Shown piece by piece: positions 26,470-36,586 of a stretch of DNA of 64,000 nucleotides. The DNA lies in NCBI GenBank assembly GCA_029555025.1, contig JAKPTZ010000115.1, positions 24,898 through 88,897 on the forward strand, in the 5' to 3' direction. The notes beneath the pieces were generated by a model, which made no database searches, was not told where the DNA came from, and saw nothing but the letters and a program-made list of their open reading frames with translations. Each line of letters opens with the position of its first letter. Position 1 is the stretch's first letter. Both the position numbers and the translations under genes were made by a program. The DNA comes from Deltaproteobacteria bacterium (GTDB taxonomy: Bacteria > Myxococcota_A > UBA9042 > DTJE01).

Positions 26470-27792
26470 ATGGACGGTTCCGGCGGCGGCCAGGGAAAAG
26501 GCGGGGACAGGGGCATCGGCAGCAGGCGCGCAACCAGGCTCATCCATGGTCGTTCGCAGTCGAGCATGTGGGAATACAGTCATCATGCGATTCCACCGAT
26601 CACCGCATCCACGACCTTCAGGCTTTCTTCGGTTTCCCGCGGGCAGAAGGGTTTCCTTGCTTTCGGCAGCCCGGATCTGGGCCATGGCGAAAGTCCGACC
26701 TACATCTATGACAGGCTTGACGAACCGACCACATCGATGCTGGAAGAAGTGCTGGCCGACGGGGAAGGCGGGGATCGCGCCGTCGCGTTCGCCTGCGGCA
26801 TGTCGGCGATCTCCTCGACTCTGATGGCCTGTTGTTCCGTCGGACAGTCAATCGTGGCACACCCGGTCATGTATGGGTGTACTTACAGCCTGTTGACCAA
26901 ACAACTCCCCAGGTTCGGAATCACGACGGTTTTTGCCGACATGAGGGATCCTGAAGCGATCCGACTGGCGATTACGGCCGATACAAGGGTCGTGTATTTC
27001 GAGACCCCGGCCAATCCGACGCTTGAGTGCATCGACATCCAGAACGTCGCCACGGTGGTCGGCGCCATAAACGCCGCCCGTCCGGTGGAACAGAGGGTCA
27101 GGATTGTCGTTGACAACACCTTCCAGACGCTGTGGGGACAGCGTCCAATCGAGTCCGGCGCCGATATCGTGGTGGCAAGCCTTACCAAGAACGTCGGGGG
27201 CTTCGGCGTCGATATGGGTGGCGTTGCGGTCGTTCCCCGGGAACTTTGCGGGCCACTGAAGGGGATTCGCAAGGATTTTGGCGGAGTACTTCCACCGGCG
27301 TCCGCCTGGGATTTCCAGGTTTACGGGCTTTCGACCCTTCCCGTCCGCCTTGCCAGGCAGGTGCAGACGTCCCGGGCCGTGGCCGAATTCCTTGCGTCGC
27401 ACCCGGCTGTCAGCAGGGTTTCCTATCCCGGTCTTCCTGATTATGAATTCAGGGAAATCGCGGAAAAGCAGATGCGGACGCCCGAGGGCGAGTTCTGTCC
27501 CGGTCACATGATTTATTTCGAGCTGGCCGGCGATCCCGAAATCTCCGCGAATCGTCGGGAAAGGTTCATCAACTACCTTGCCGAGCACGCCTACTCGATT
27601 ATGCTGGCTGTCAGTCTCGGCATGACCAAGACCTTGATCGAGGCCCCCGGACTGATGACGCACTCGTCGTTTGATCCAGAAACACAGATGAAGCTTGGCA
27701 TTCATCCCGGCGGAATCAGGCTGGCAATCGGACTGGAAGACGCCCGCGACGTGATTTCGGATCTTTCAGAGGCCCTCGAGAATTCAATTTGA
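26470..27792 (+). CDS. Cys/Met-metabolism PLP-dependent enzyme (methionine gamma-lyase / O-acetylhomoserine sulfhydrylase family)
   Basis: A PLP-lysine motif SLTKNVGG, a fold-type I pattern, and an N-terminal TRLIHGG-like box. Confidence 0.8.
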   Translation: MDGSGGGQGKGGDRGIGSRRATRLIHGRSQSSMWEYSHHAIPPITASTTFRLSSVSRGQKGFLAFGSPDLGHGESPTYIYDRLDEPTTSMLEEVLADGEGGDRAVAFACGMSAISSTLMACCSVGQSIVAHPVMYGCTYSLLTKQLPRFGITTVFADMRDPEAIRLAITADTRVVYFETPANPTLECIDIQNVATVVGAINAARPVEQRVRIVVDNTFQTLWGQRPIESGADIVVASLTKNVGGFGVDMGGVAVVPRELCGPLKGIRKDFGGVLPPASAWDFQVYGLSTLPVRLARQVQTSRAVAEFLASHPAVSRVSYPGLPDYEFREIAEKQMRTPEGEFCPGHMIYFELAGDPEISANRRERFINYLAEHAYSIMLAVSLGMTKTLIEAPGLMTHSSFDPETQMKLGIHPGGIRLAIGLEDARDVISDLSEALENSI

Positions 27793-27908
27793 AGCATTGC
27801 CGTTCAGGCGTTGAACATACCGACGAATCCAGTGAAGATGCGGTCGGGGAACCGAAACGGCCTGGCGCCCGGCATGAAGGCACCCACAAACGCGGAAATT
27901 GTCGCTTA

Positions 27909-27985
27909 AGCGACCCCAACGGGAGTCGAACCCGTGTCGCGGGCGTGAAAGGCCCGTGTCCTAGACCACTAGACGATGGGGTCAC
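27909..27985 (-). tRNA. tRNA-Glu (anticodon UUC)
   Basis: The reverse complement folds as a cloverleaf. The acceptor stem is GTGACCC/GGGTCGC, the anticodon stem CGGGC/GCCCG has a CUUUCAC loop, and the T-arm is GGGTTCGACTCCC. Confidence 0.85.
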
Positions 27986-27995
27986 GGAAAAAAAG

Positions 27996-28068
27996 TGAGC
28001 CCAGCGAGATTTGAACTCGCGACCAACGGCTTAAAAGGCCGCTGCTCTACCGGCTGAGCTATGGGCCC
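27996..28068 (-). tRNA. tRNA-Lys (anticodon UUU)
   Basis: The reverse complement is GGGCCCATAGCTCAGCCGGTAGAGC...CUUUUAA...GCGAGTTCAAATCTCGC TGGGCTCA, a canonical cloverleaf. Confidence 0.85.
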
Positions 28069-28138
28069 AGCAACGAAACGCGGGATATGGTATTTGCTGG
28101 GTCGAATTGTGTCAATGGAATTTTTCTGCAACAACGAA

Positions 28139-29533
28139 TTATTCTTCGTCGCCAAGTCCGTATTTTGCCAGTTTGTACCTGATCGACCTGAAGCTGATGC
28201 CCAGAAGGTCGGCAGCATTCTTGCGCACCCCGCCACATCGGGACAGCGCGTCGAGCAGCAGCCGCCTTTCAATGTCGGCCAGCAGCGCTTCCAGATCCAT
28301 TCCGTCCTCGGGAACCCTGAAGATGGAATCCTGCTGACTCCTGTCCGACCTGGATGATGTTCGGAGGCCTTCCGGAAGCGCGTCGGGGGTGATCCTGTCG
28401 TCAGAGGCGAACGTCATCGCATGCTCGACGATGTTTTCAAGTTCGCGCACGTTGCCCTTGAATTCGTGGGCGGAAAGGATGTCCATGACTTCCGGCGAGA
28501 CTCCCCTGATATCGTCCCGTCCAAGCTCCTTGCGGTACTTCTCGATGAAGTGCATGACAAGAACCGGGATATCCTCGCGTCGCTCCCGAAGGGGCGGAAG
28601 GTGGAGGCCGATGACGTTAAGCCGGTAGAACAGGTCTTCGCGGAAGGCGCCAGCCTGCACAAGTTGGGAAAGATCACGGTTGGTGGCAGCGACGACCCTG
28701 GTATCGACGGAGATTTCCTGCACCCCCCCGACCATTCGGATCTTGTGATCCTGCAGGAATCGAAGGAGCTTCACCTGCATGGCCAGGGACAATTCGCCGA
28801 TTTCGTCAAGGAATATGGTTCCGCCGTCGGCCGACTCGAACAGGCCGTGTCTGGTCGCGTGGGCACCGGTAAACGCGCCCTTGACGTGCCCGAAGAGCTC
28901 CGATTCCATCAACTGGTCGGGAATCGCGCCGCAGTTCACAACCACGAACGGCTTGTCCTTCCGGTTCGAGTTGAAGTGAACGGCGCGCGCGACCAGTTCC
29001 TTGCCGGTTCCGGATTCACCGGTAATCAGGACGCTGGTCTTGGTCGGCGCGACCTTGATGATCTTTTCGAATACCTTGTGCATCGTCTGGGACTTGCCGA
29101 CGATGTGGGCGAAGCTGTACTTGTCAGACAGCGCGATCCGCAGCCGGATGTTTTCCAGCGACAGATTGCGTCGCTCCAGGGCTTTCTGCAGGGTGATGCT
29201 GATTTCTTCGAGCTTGAACGGCTTGCCGATGTAGTCGAAGGCGCCCCTGCGCATGGCGTCGATTGCGGTTTCGACTGTCGAGAAGGCCGTCATCATGATG
29301 ACTTCGGTCTGGGGCGAATGTTCCTTCACGAACGTAAGAATTTCGAGTCCGGTCACCGCACCAAGGCGCAGATCGGTCAGAACCAGGTCGAATTCATCCT
29401 CGGATGCGACCAGTTTCAGGGCCTTGTCGCCTTCCCCGCAGACCGTCACGTCGTGACCGCTCTTGTTCAGGAACATCCGCAGGACTTCGCGCAGCGACTG
29501 GTCGTCCTCGACTACCAGAATGCGGGCCATCAT
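28139..29533 (-). CDS. Sigma54-dependent response regulator (NtrC family: REC + AAA+ + Fis HTH)
   Basis: REC domain with D54-like VLTDLRL. The AAA+ domain carries GESGTGKE and GAFREDLFYRLNV. A C-terminal HTH is present. Confidence 0.85.
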   Translation of the reverse strand: MMARILVVEDDQSLREVLRMFLNKSGHDVTVCGEGDKALKLVASEDEFDLVLTDLRLGAVTGLEILTFVKEHSPQTEVIMMTAFSTVETAIDAMRRGAFDYIGKPFKLEEISITLQKALERRNLSLENIRLRIALSDKYSFAHIVGKSQTMHKVFEKIIKVAPTKTSVLITGESGTGKELVARAVHFNSNRKDKPFVVVNCGAIPDQLMESELFGHVKGAFTGAHATRHGLFESADGGTIFLDEIGELSLAMQVKLLRFLQDHKIRMVGGVQEISVDTRVVAATNRDLSQLVQAGAFREDLFYRLNVIGLHLPPLRERREDIPVLVMHFIEKYRKELGRDDIRGVSPEVMDILSAHEFKGNVRELENIVEHAMTFASDDRITPDALPEGLRTSSRSDRSQQDSIFRVPEDGMDLEALLADIERRLLLDALSRCGGVRKNAADLLGISFRSIRYKLAKYGLGDEE

Positions 29534-29560
29534 TCCTCCAGGGGCGTGTCATGCGACGGT

Positions 29561-29638
<78 letters not shown>

Positions 29639-29917
29639 TTCCCGCGCAGTCACCAAAGCGAGGGATAAATTACATTCCGCGCATGCCTGCTGTCAAGAGA
29701 TTTTTGCGTGGCGAACGACTACTGGCGTGGAGTTATTGAAGGACGCGGTGCGTGCTTCCGGATACGCCCCCGCTTGCGGCGCCGCCAACCAGGTAGATGT
29801 ATCCGAAGGCACGGGTCAGTCCGTAATAGCCCGGCCTTCATTCCGGCCTCAAGATGTCCGTTGACACCATGCGTTACATGGAAGAATCTTTACACAGTCT
29901 TAATCAGGGGTGTCCCC

Positions 29918-31516
29918 ATGGCCTGCAAAGAGATTGACAGGGAACGTCAGGTGCTGGTGTCCATGAATCCGGCTACTTTCGAGACTCTTGGAGAGGTTCA
30001 TCTTTGTTCGGCCGACGAGGTCAGGGGCGCCGTCGATTCCGCGCAGGCGGCGTTTCCCGGGTGGGCGGCCCTTACGGTCCGTGAAAGGGCCGGGTACCTG
30101 CTGAAGGCACGCGATTACATGCTCGAGCATGCCGACGAGATAGCGATGCTGATTTCCCGCGAAAATGGCAAGCCGCTTTCCGAGGCCCTGAATGCCGAGG
30201 TGCTTGTCGCTTCGGAACTGATCACCCGCTATGCGGCCAGGGCCCCCGAACTTCTGCGGGATCGTCCTATTGAACTCGGCAATCCAATGATGAATTTTCT
30301 GAAGGAATCCAGGCTGGTCTATCGTCCGCTTGGCGTCATTTCGGTGGTTTCGCCGTGGAACTATCCGTTCTCCATTCCGATTGGCGGCCTTGTCTTTTCG
30401 CTTATCACAGGTAACACGGTGGTCTTCAAACCGGCCTCTGACGTCGCCATGGTCGGAATGAAGATTGACGAAATCCTCAATGTCGGCGGTCAGTTGCCAA
30501 AGGGTGTCCTTAACACGGTCATCGCATCAGGGCGCACCATCGGCGAAACCCTGTTTTCGCCGCCAGTCCGCAGGATAGTCTTCACGGGAAGTACGGAAGT
30601 CGGCCGGACAATCCAGGGAATCGCCGCGAAGAACTTCATTCCGACCTCGATGGAACTTGGCGGCAAGGATCCGATGGTGGTGCTTGAAGACGCCGACCTC
30701 GACCTTGCGACGTCTGGGGCGGTCTGGGGCGCCTTCACCAACTGCGGCCAGGTATGCGCCTCGGTCGAGCGTGTGTATGTCGCGAAAAAGATTTACGACA
30801 GGTTCGTCGAAATGGTCGTGCGGAAGACGCGGGCCCTTCGGGTCGGTGTCGGCCAGTCGTACGACATTGATATCGGCGCGATGGCGAACGAGGAACAGTA
30901 CAACCAGGTCCTGGACCACATCAGGGAAGCCGTCGAGATGGGGGCGAAGATTGAATGCGGCGGAAAGAGGCCGGAAGGCGCCGGGCCGGGCTATTTCATC
31001 GAGCCGACGGTGCTGACGAACGTCACGCACGACATGAAGGCCGTGCGGGATGAGACCTTCGGCCCGCTGATGCCGATCATCCCGTTCGATACCGTCGATG
31101 AAGCGGTTCGGATGGCGAATGATTCCGTCTATGGGCTCTGCGCGTCGGTCTGGACGAAGGATCGCCGTCTGGGGCGCGAGGTGGCGAAGCGCATCGAATC
31201 CGGAACGGTGGCGGTCAATGACGCCGTCTTCACTTTTGCCCTGGTCGAGACCCCGTGGCAGGGAATGAAGGAGTCCGGCGTCGGCCGTTCGCATTCCGAC
31301 GAGGGGCTGCTCGAGTTCGTATTTCCGCAGCACATCAACGAGGACAGGTCTCCCGGATTCATGCGCCGCAGGATGTGGTGGTTCCCGTACTCAGAGCATT
31401 CCTACAACCTTCTGAAGTCGGCCATGCACGCTTTCGCCAACATGGCGAAATTCCCGTCCCTGGGATGGCAGGTCATGACAAAGAAGTCCTACCGCAACAT
31501 GTTCCTGAAGGACTAG
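29918..31516 (+). CDS. NAD(P)-dependent aldehyde dehydrogenase family protein
   Basis: ELGGKDP and the catalytic Cys motif FTNCGQVCASVER. I chose the start at MACKEID because the upstream in-frame extension is Arg-rich and non-coding-like. Confidence 0.8.
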   Translation: MACKEIDRERQVLVSMNPATFETLGEVHLCSADEVRGAVDSAQAAFPGWAALTVRERAGYLLKARDYMLEHADEIAMLISRENGKPLSEALNAEVLVASELITRYAARAPELLRDRPIELGNPMMNFLKESRLVYRPLGVISVVSPWNYPFSIPIGGLVFSLITGNTVVFKPASDVAMVGMKIDEILNVGGQLPKGVLNTVIASGRTIGETLFSPPVRRIVFTGSTEVGRTIQGIAAKNFIPTSMELGGKDPMVVLEDADLDLATSGAVWGAFTNCGQVCASVERVYVAKKIYDRFVEMVVRKTRALRVGVGQSYDIDIGAMANEEQYNQVLDHIREAVEMGAKIECGGKRPEGAGPGYFIEPTVLTNVTHDMKAVRDETFGPLMPIIPFDTVDEAVRMANDSVYGLCASVWTKDRRLGREVAKRIESGTVAVNDAVFTFALVETPWQGMKESGVGRSHSDEGLLEFVFPQHINEDRSPGFMRRRMWWFPYSEHSYNLLKSAMHAFANMAKFPSLGWQVMTKKSYRNMFLKD

Positions 31517-31549
31517 TCCGGATTTTCGGTAATATCCGGTGGTCGTCTG

Positions 31550-33742
31550 ATGAATGAACGCGCAATGAACGAACTTCAAGAGATCCGATCGTTGACGTCG
31601 GGATACATGCCGGGCGCCGATCTGCAAAGGGTCGAGGATGTCCTTGAACTGGCGCGGGTCGAATCCGGCGGCGATCCGTCGGTGCTTGCTGCCGCGATGC
31701 GGATTGTTCGACCGGTGTGCCGTTTGAAGCTGGACGTGCCGTCGATATGCGCCGCCATCGCGCTGGCAATGCCGCCCGGGCCGGACGGCGGTCCATCCAC
31801 GCGTGGCCTGGACGAGGATTCGGCGCGCCTGGCCGAGGGCGTCATCGGTCTTGGTCGTTTCCAACTCCTTTCCAGCAAGTCCGGGCAGGCGGAGGCATTC
31901 AAGAGGATGCTGGTCGCGCTTGCCGGCGACATCCGCGTGTTGCTGGTCAAGATGGCCATGCGCCTGGCGGAGCTTCACCAGACCTCGGACGATCCAGGGG
32001 CCGAGCAGATCCGGGTCGCCGAGGAAGCGATGATGATTTACGGCCCGCTGGCGGAAAGGATGGGTATTTCCTGGCTGCGGACCGAGATCGAGGACGAGGC
32101 GTTCCGCGTCATGAGGCCGACCGAATACGCTTCCCTGAAGCTGGCGGCGGATCGGCGTCTGGCCGAGCGGCAGGAATTCATCGCGGGCGTCGTCGGGCGG
32201 CTTCAGGCGATGATCGTTCAGGGCGGGCTGGCGGGGTTCGAGGTTTTTGGACGCCAGAAGAACCTTTACGGCATCTGGAAGAAGATGCAGATCCAGGGCA
32301 TCGAGCTTGAACAGGTCTATGATTTCGTGGCCTTCCGCGTGATCGTGCAGAAGCCGGGCGACTGCTGGCAGGTGCTTGGGCTGGTTCACGATACATGGAC
32401 GCCCATTCCGGCGCGCTTCAAGGATTTCATCAACGTTCCAAAGCCGAACGGCTACCGGTCGCTTCATACGTCGGTATTCGGCCCGCTTGGCGAGCCGATG
32501 GAAATCCAGATCCGTACATGGGAAATGCATCGCGAGGCAGAGTCGGGAATCGCCGCGCATTGGTCGTACAAGGAGTCGGGCCGAATCGAGGTTCGGGATT
32601 CCGAGCGCCTGGGCTGGATGAAGCAGGTTGTTGAATGGGCCCGCGAGATTCAGTCGGGCCGTGAGACCGAGCAGGGGCCGCTGATCGAGGAAGCGCGGGA
32701 AGGACTGCTGGTCGATCAGGTGTTCGTGTTCACCCCGCAGGGCGACCTCAGGGTTCTTCGGCAGGGGGCCACCTGCCTGGATTTCGCGTACGACGTTCAT
32801 ACCGAGGTCGGTCATTCGTGCACCGGCGTGCGGGTTAACGGCCGGCTGGTGCCGTTGTCAACCGAACTGGTTTCAGGAGACGTGGTCGAGGTGATGACGT
32901 CCAGGACGGCCAGGCCCCGCAGGGACTGGCTGAATTTCGTGGTTTCGTCCAAGGCCAGGGCGAAGATACGAAGCTGGTTCCTGGAACAGGACAGGCGCGA
33001 GGCGCTCGAGGTCGGCCGCCAGCTCCTGGAAAAGGAGTTCCGTCGGGCCGGCGCCCATGTAGTCAAGTATTTCAAGGAACTGCTTCTTGACGAAGAAAAG
33101 GGCCGGAAGGTTGCCGAGTCTTTCCGCATCGGAAGCCGTGACGAACTCATCAGGGCGGTCGGTCACGGTCGCGTGTCGGCGGCCGATGTCGTAAAGGCGG
33201 TTGTTCCAGTCGCCGCCCCGGGGGTTCCCGAACCGGAAAGGCCCGAAATCCTTCCGAAGAAGCTGCGCAGTCCGACTGGGATTGAGGTTGACGGGATTGA
33301 CGGCATGATGGTGCACATTGCGCGTTGCTGCAACCCGATCCCGGGCGACGGAATTGTCGGATACGTCACCAGGGGAAGGGGGGTGACAATTCACACGGTT
33401 TCCTGCCGGTCGGTTCTGGACGGTGATCCGGAGAGGGTGCTTCCGGCAACCTGGAACAGTGGCTCTGGCGGTACCTTCAACGTGCCGGTAAGGATTACGG
33501 TGCGCGATGTCCCGGGCATTCTGGCCGGCGTCACCACCGAGATCGGCAGGCAGGGCGCGAACATCGCCGGGGTCTCGACGAAGCGGGACGACAGTGGATT
33601 GCAGCAGGTTGACGTGGTTCTGCAGGTTGCCGATCAGTCCATGCTGGACGGAATCGTCCGTTCGGTTCGACGGCTGCGCGGGGTCGTCGAGGTCATGCGG
33701 GTTCGCGGGCCCGGTGTCTCGGCGGTCGCCGAACGGCGCTGA
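31550..33742 (+). CDS. relA: RelA/SpoT-homolog (p)ppGpp synthetase, apparently hydrolase-inactive (RelA-type)
   Basis: Synthetase-domain motifs (YGIWKKM, GYRSLHTSV, EIQIRT) plus TGS and C-terminal ACT regions. The N-terminal HD domain lacks the conserved His and HD residues. Confidence 0.8.
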   Translation: MNERAMNELQEIRSLTSGYMPGADLQRVEDVLELARVESGGDPSVLAAAMRIVRPVCRLKLDVPSICAAIALAMPPGPDGGPSTRGLDEDSARLAEGVIGLGRFQLLSSKSGQAEAFKRMLVALAGDIRVLLVKMAMRLAELHQTSDDPGAEQIRVAEEAMMIYGPLAERMGISWLRTEIEDEAFRVMRPTEYASLKLAADRRLAERQEFIAGVVGRLQAMIVQGGLAGFEVFGRQKNLYGIWKKMQIQGIELEQVYDFVAFRVIVQKPGDCWQVLGLVHDTWTPIPARFKDFINVPKPNGYRSLHTSVFGPLGEPMEIQIRTWEMHREAESGIAAHWSYKESGRIEVRDSERLGWMKQVVEWAREIQSGRETEQGPLIEEAREGLLVDQVFVFTPQGDLRVLRQGATCLDFAYDVHTEVGHSCTGVRVNGRLVPLSTELVSGDVVEVMTSRTARPRRDWLNFVVSSKARAKIRSWFLEQDRREALEVGRQLLEKEFRRAGAHVVKYFKELLLDEEKGRKVAESFRIGSRDELIRAVGHGRVSAADVVKAVVPVAAPGVPEPERPEILPKKLRSPTGIEVDGIDGMMVHIARCCNPIPGDGIVGYVTRGRGVTIHTVSCRSVLDGDPERVLPATWNSGSGGTFNVPVRITVRDVPGILAGVTTEIGRQGANIAGVSTKRDDSGLQQVDVVLQVADQSMLDGIVRSVRRLRGVVEVMRVRGPGVSAVAERR

Positions 33743-33834
33743 CTCCCGCATTCCTCGATTATCAGCAAGCTTTTGGGATTTATAGAAGTGGTCCGTTTGT
33801 GTACAATACACCGGACCGGATTTCGGGGTCATAA

Positions 33835-36567
33835 ATGAAGCGTTTTCAATATGTCATCTGTCTGACCTTTGCGGTGTCTGGATTTGCCGGCTGCGGTGGC
33901 GGCAATCAGATTGGCGACGTGGTCGGGGATGTTCCGGACGAGGATAGGATTGTCGAGTTGGACGTCACGCATGACGAAGGTCAGCCTGACGAAGGCAGGG
34001 ACATCGGAAGGGACGAAGGCGAGCCTGGCGATTCCGTGGATGACCGCTTCGTGGATGATTCCGACGTAAACGGCGATATCGACGACATCGACGGCGGTGA
34101 CGAGTCCGGGGGCGATACCCCTGAAACGGACGGGTGCCCCGGCGAGACGTGCGAGCCGTGCCCGGACGACGGCCTGTTCTGCACCGAGGAGTATCGCGAT
34201 TCGCTGGGCGAATGCCAGATTCGCGTGAAGCCCGAATTCTGCATGATTGGCGGCGAATGCCTTTTCGAGAACCAGCCTTCCCCCGATGACATGTGCCTGG
34301 CTTGCAGGCCGGCCGTCAGCGGTTCCGAGTATTCCCCCGCGGAAGGGATGCCGTGCGACGACGCGGATCCGTGCACTGCCGGCGACACCTGCGATGCGGA
34401 CGGCATTTGCCAGCCGGGCGCCGGTTTCGGATGCGATGACGACAACGAGTGCACCATCGACCGTTGCGACCCCAATTTCGGATGCACGAACACCCCGCGG
34501 GCTTCCACGTGCGACGACCACGATTCGTGCACGTACCAGGATCAGTGCAATGTCCAGACCGGCGTCTGCAAGGGTTTCCCGGTCAACTGCAACGATGGTA
34601 ACGAATGCACCCGTGACTATTGCGATTCGTTCGACGGTTGTCAGCACGAGCCCATTTCGAAGGCTTGCAACGACTTCGACGGGTGCACCTTGAATGATAT
34701 GTGCAATGAAGACGGCGTCTGCCAGGGCACTCCGATGGACTGTTCGGACGGTATTGAATGCACCGTCGATTCCTGCATGTCCGGCGTCTGCCTGAACGAC
34801 TGGCATTACGGCCCGTGCAACGACGGCGACATGTGCACGGATAACGACTTCTGCAATGGTTATCACGAGTGTGCCGGCATCCCGAAGACATCATGCGACG
34901 ATTACAACGTCTGCACCACGGACTACTGCGACCCGGCGGTCGGATGCGTGAACGAATTCAATACGGTCGAGTGCGAGCCCGATTCGGCATGCGAGATAAA
35001 CGGCGTGTGCGCCGGCGGCGTGTGCGTCGGCCAGCCAAGGAACTGTGACAAGGGCAATCCGTGCATGATCTATTCGTGCAATCCGGACACGGGCTGCAAG
35101 GAAATTCCGACAACCGGCGTGTGTGACGACCACAACGCATGCACCATCAACGAAAATTGTTCGACCGGAGCATGCATTCCGCCTGAAGGGCCGGCCGGCG
35201 TCACGAACTGCGACGACTTGAACGACTGCACCGTTGACAACTGCGTTCCGGCCGTCGGTTGCGTGCATACCCCGCAGGAAGGCGAATGCCAGGATCCGAA
35301 TCCGTGCAGCCTGACCGGAACCGGTTTCTGCAGGAACGGCGAGTGCATTTCGAACGTCAGGGACTGCGATGACAACCAGCCGTGCACGCTCGACACGTGC
35401 GACGGCGCGGGCAACTGCATCCATCCGCCGATTTCGGGATTCTGCGATGACGGCAATCATTGCACGTTCGACGAGGTCTGCATCGGCGGCGACTGCATCG
35501 AGGGAAAGAAGGTAGATTGCAACGACTCAAACGTATGCACGCTGGACGAATGCAACCCGGATTACGGATGTGTCTATACGCCGACCGGCGGTTCGTGTTC
35601 CGACGGTGACGTCTGCACCATCAACGACGGGTGCGCAAACGGCACCTGCGTCGGGACGGTCAGGGCATGCGAGGACTACAACGTCTGCACCGACAACGGC
35701 TGCAACAAGACTTCGGGATGCTTCTTCACGCCGAATTCGGTGGAATGCGACGACTTCAACATCTGCACATTCGACGACATCTGCGGCGCCGGTGAATGTC
35801 ACGGCGTGTCGGTGTTCGAGGATCCGGCGACCAAGGCCGCGACTTTGACTTATGGCGTCAACGGCAATCTCGGCCAGGGCGTCGATGTTGATGACGACCC
35901 GTCCACATGCGCGCCGAAGGGCAGTTGCGTCCAGGGTATCGACAACGCGTTTTCCAGGCTGCACTGGCTGTTCAACACCGAGATGTTGAACGCGTCGTCG
36001 GACGGCTCGTGGTCGCTGCTGCTGGAACACGACGGGTTGAAGGTGAACGGCACTGCGTATAACCTGAACCTTTACTGGGGCGCCAGGATTGACCCGGTGA
36101 CCTGTGACCCGACGACTTCCGGATGCAACTACGGCGTCTATACGTCGTCGTTGTCGCCAACCTGCGGGCCGCTTGACGTGTTCGACAACGCGGTGATCAA
36201 CGGCACGAAGCTGAAGGCGGGGGGTGCCACTTACGAAGTCCCGGTCAGCATCGTCTTCGGCGACACCAGGCGCGAACTGGTGCTTTACCGGGCCAAGGTC
36301 ACTGCCAACGTGTCGCTTGCGGGCGGCAAGGTCGTTGGCGGGGCCGGCGCGCTTGGCGGGGCATTCGTTGTCCAGCAGTTGGTCGAAGCGCTTGAATCGA
36401 TGCCGGAAAGCGCGTTCCTGCCGCGTTACAACAAGGAAATCATTCTTGCGTATATCGACATATACCTGAAGCCGGACATCGATCTTGACGGTGACGGAAC
36501 CGATGAGTCGGTTTCCGTCGGAATGCCGTTTTCGATTGTGACAGGTCACCTCATTGGCCCGATTTAA
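33835..36567 (+). CDS. Secreted lipoprotein with about 16 myxo-type cysteine-rich repeats (CxDxNxCTxDxCxxxxGC) and an unknown C-terminal domain
   Basis: Lipobox FAVSGFAGCGGG and an acidic linker. Repeats such as CNDGNECTRDYCDSFDGCQHEP and CDDYNVCTTDYCDPAVGCVNEF recur every 40-45 aa. Confidence 0.68.
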   Translation: MKRFQYVICLTFAVSGFAGCGGGNQIGDVVGDVPDEDRIVELDVTHDEGQPDEGRDIGRDEGEPGDSVDDRFVDDSDVNGDIDDIDGGDESGGDTPETDGCPGETCEPCPDDGLFCTEEYRDSLGECQIRVKPEFCMIGGECLFENQPSPDDMCLACRPAVSGSEYSPAEGMPCDDADPCTAGDTCDADGICQPGAGFGCDDDNECTIDRCDPNFGCTNTPRASTCDDHDSCTYQDQCNVQTGVCKGFPVNCNDGNECTRDYCDSFDGCQHEPISKACNDFDGCTLNDMCNEDGVCQGTPMDCSDGIECTVDSCMSGVCLNDWHYGPCNDGDMCTDNDFCNGYHECAGIPKTSCDDYNVCTTDYCDPAVGCVNEFNTVECEPDSACEINGVCAGGVCVGQPRNCDKGNPCMIYSCNPDTGCKEIPTTGVCDDHNACTINENCSTGACIPPEGPAGVTNCDDLNDCTVDNCVPAVGCVHTPQEGECQDPNPCSLTGTGFCRNGECISNVRDCDDNQPCTLDTCDGAGNCIHPPISGFCDDGNHCTFDEVCIGGDCIEGKKVDCNDSNVCTLDECNPDYGCVYTPTGGSCSDGDVCTINDGCANGTCVGTVRACEDYNVCTDNGCNKTSGCFFTPNSVECDDFNICTFDDICGAGECHGVSVFEDPATKAATLTYGVNGNLGQGVDVDDDPSTCAPKGSCVQGIDNAFSRLHWLFNTEMLNASSDGSWSLLLEHDGLKVNGTAYNLNLYWGARIDPVTCDPTTSGCNYGVYTSSLSPTCGPLDVFDNAVINGTKLKAGGATYEVPVSIVFGDTRRELVLYRAKVTANVSLAGGKVVGGAGALGGAFVVQQLVEALESMPESAFLPRYNKEIILAYIDIYLKPDIDLDGDGTDESVSVGMPFSIVTGHLIGPI

Positions 36568-36586
36568 GTTTCGGCGCAAGCCGTCA

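Noticed and set aside
31391-32815. 474-aa minus-strand ORF antisense to relA
   Set aside because: No recognisable domain. relA on the plus strand has synthetase, TGS and ACT motifs.
33829-34866. 345-aa minus-strand ORF (V/A/R-rich) antisense to the myxo-repeat lipoprotein
   Set aside because: Antisense artefact. The plus frame encodes regular Cys repeats.
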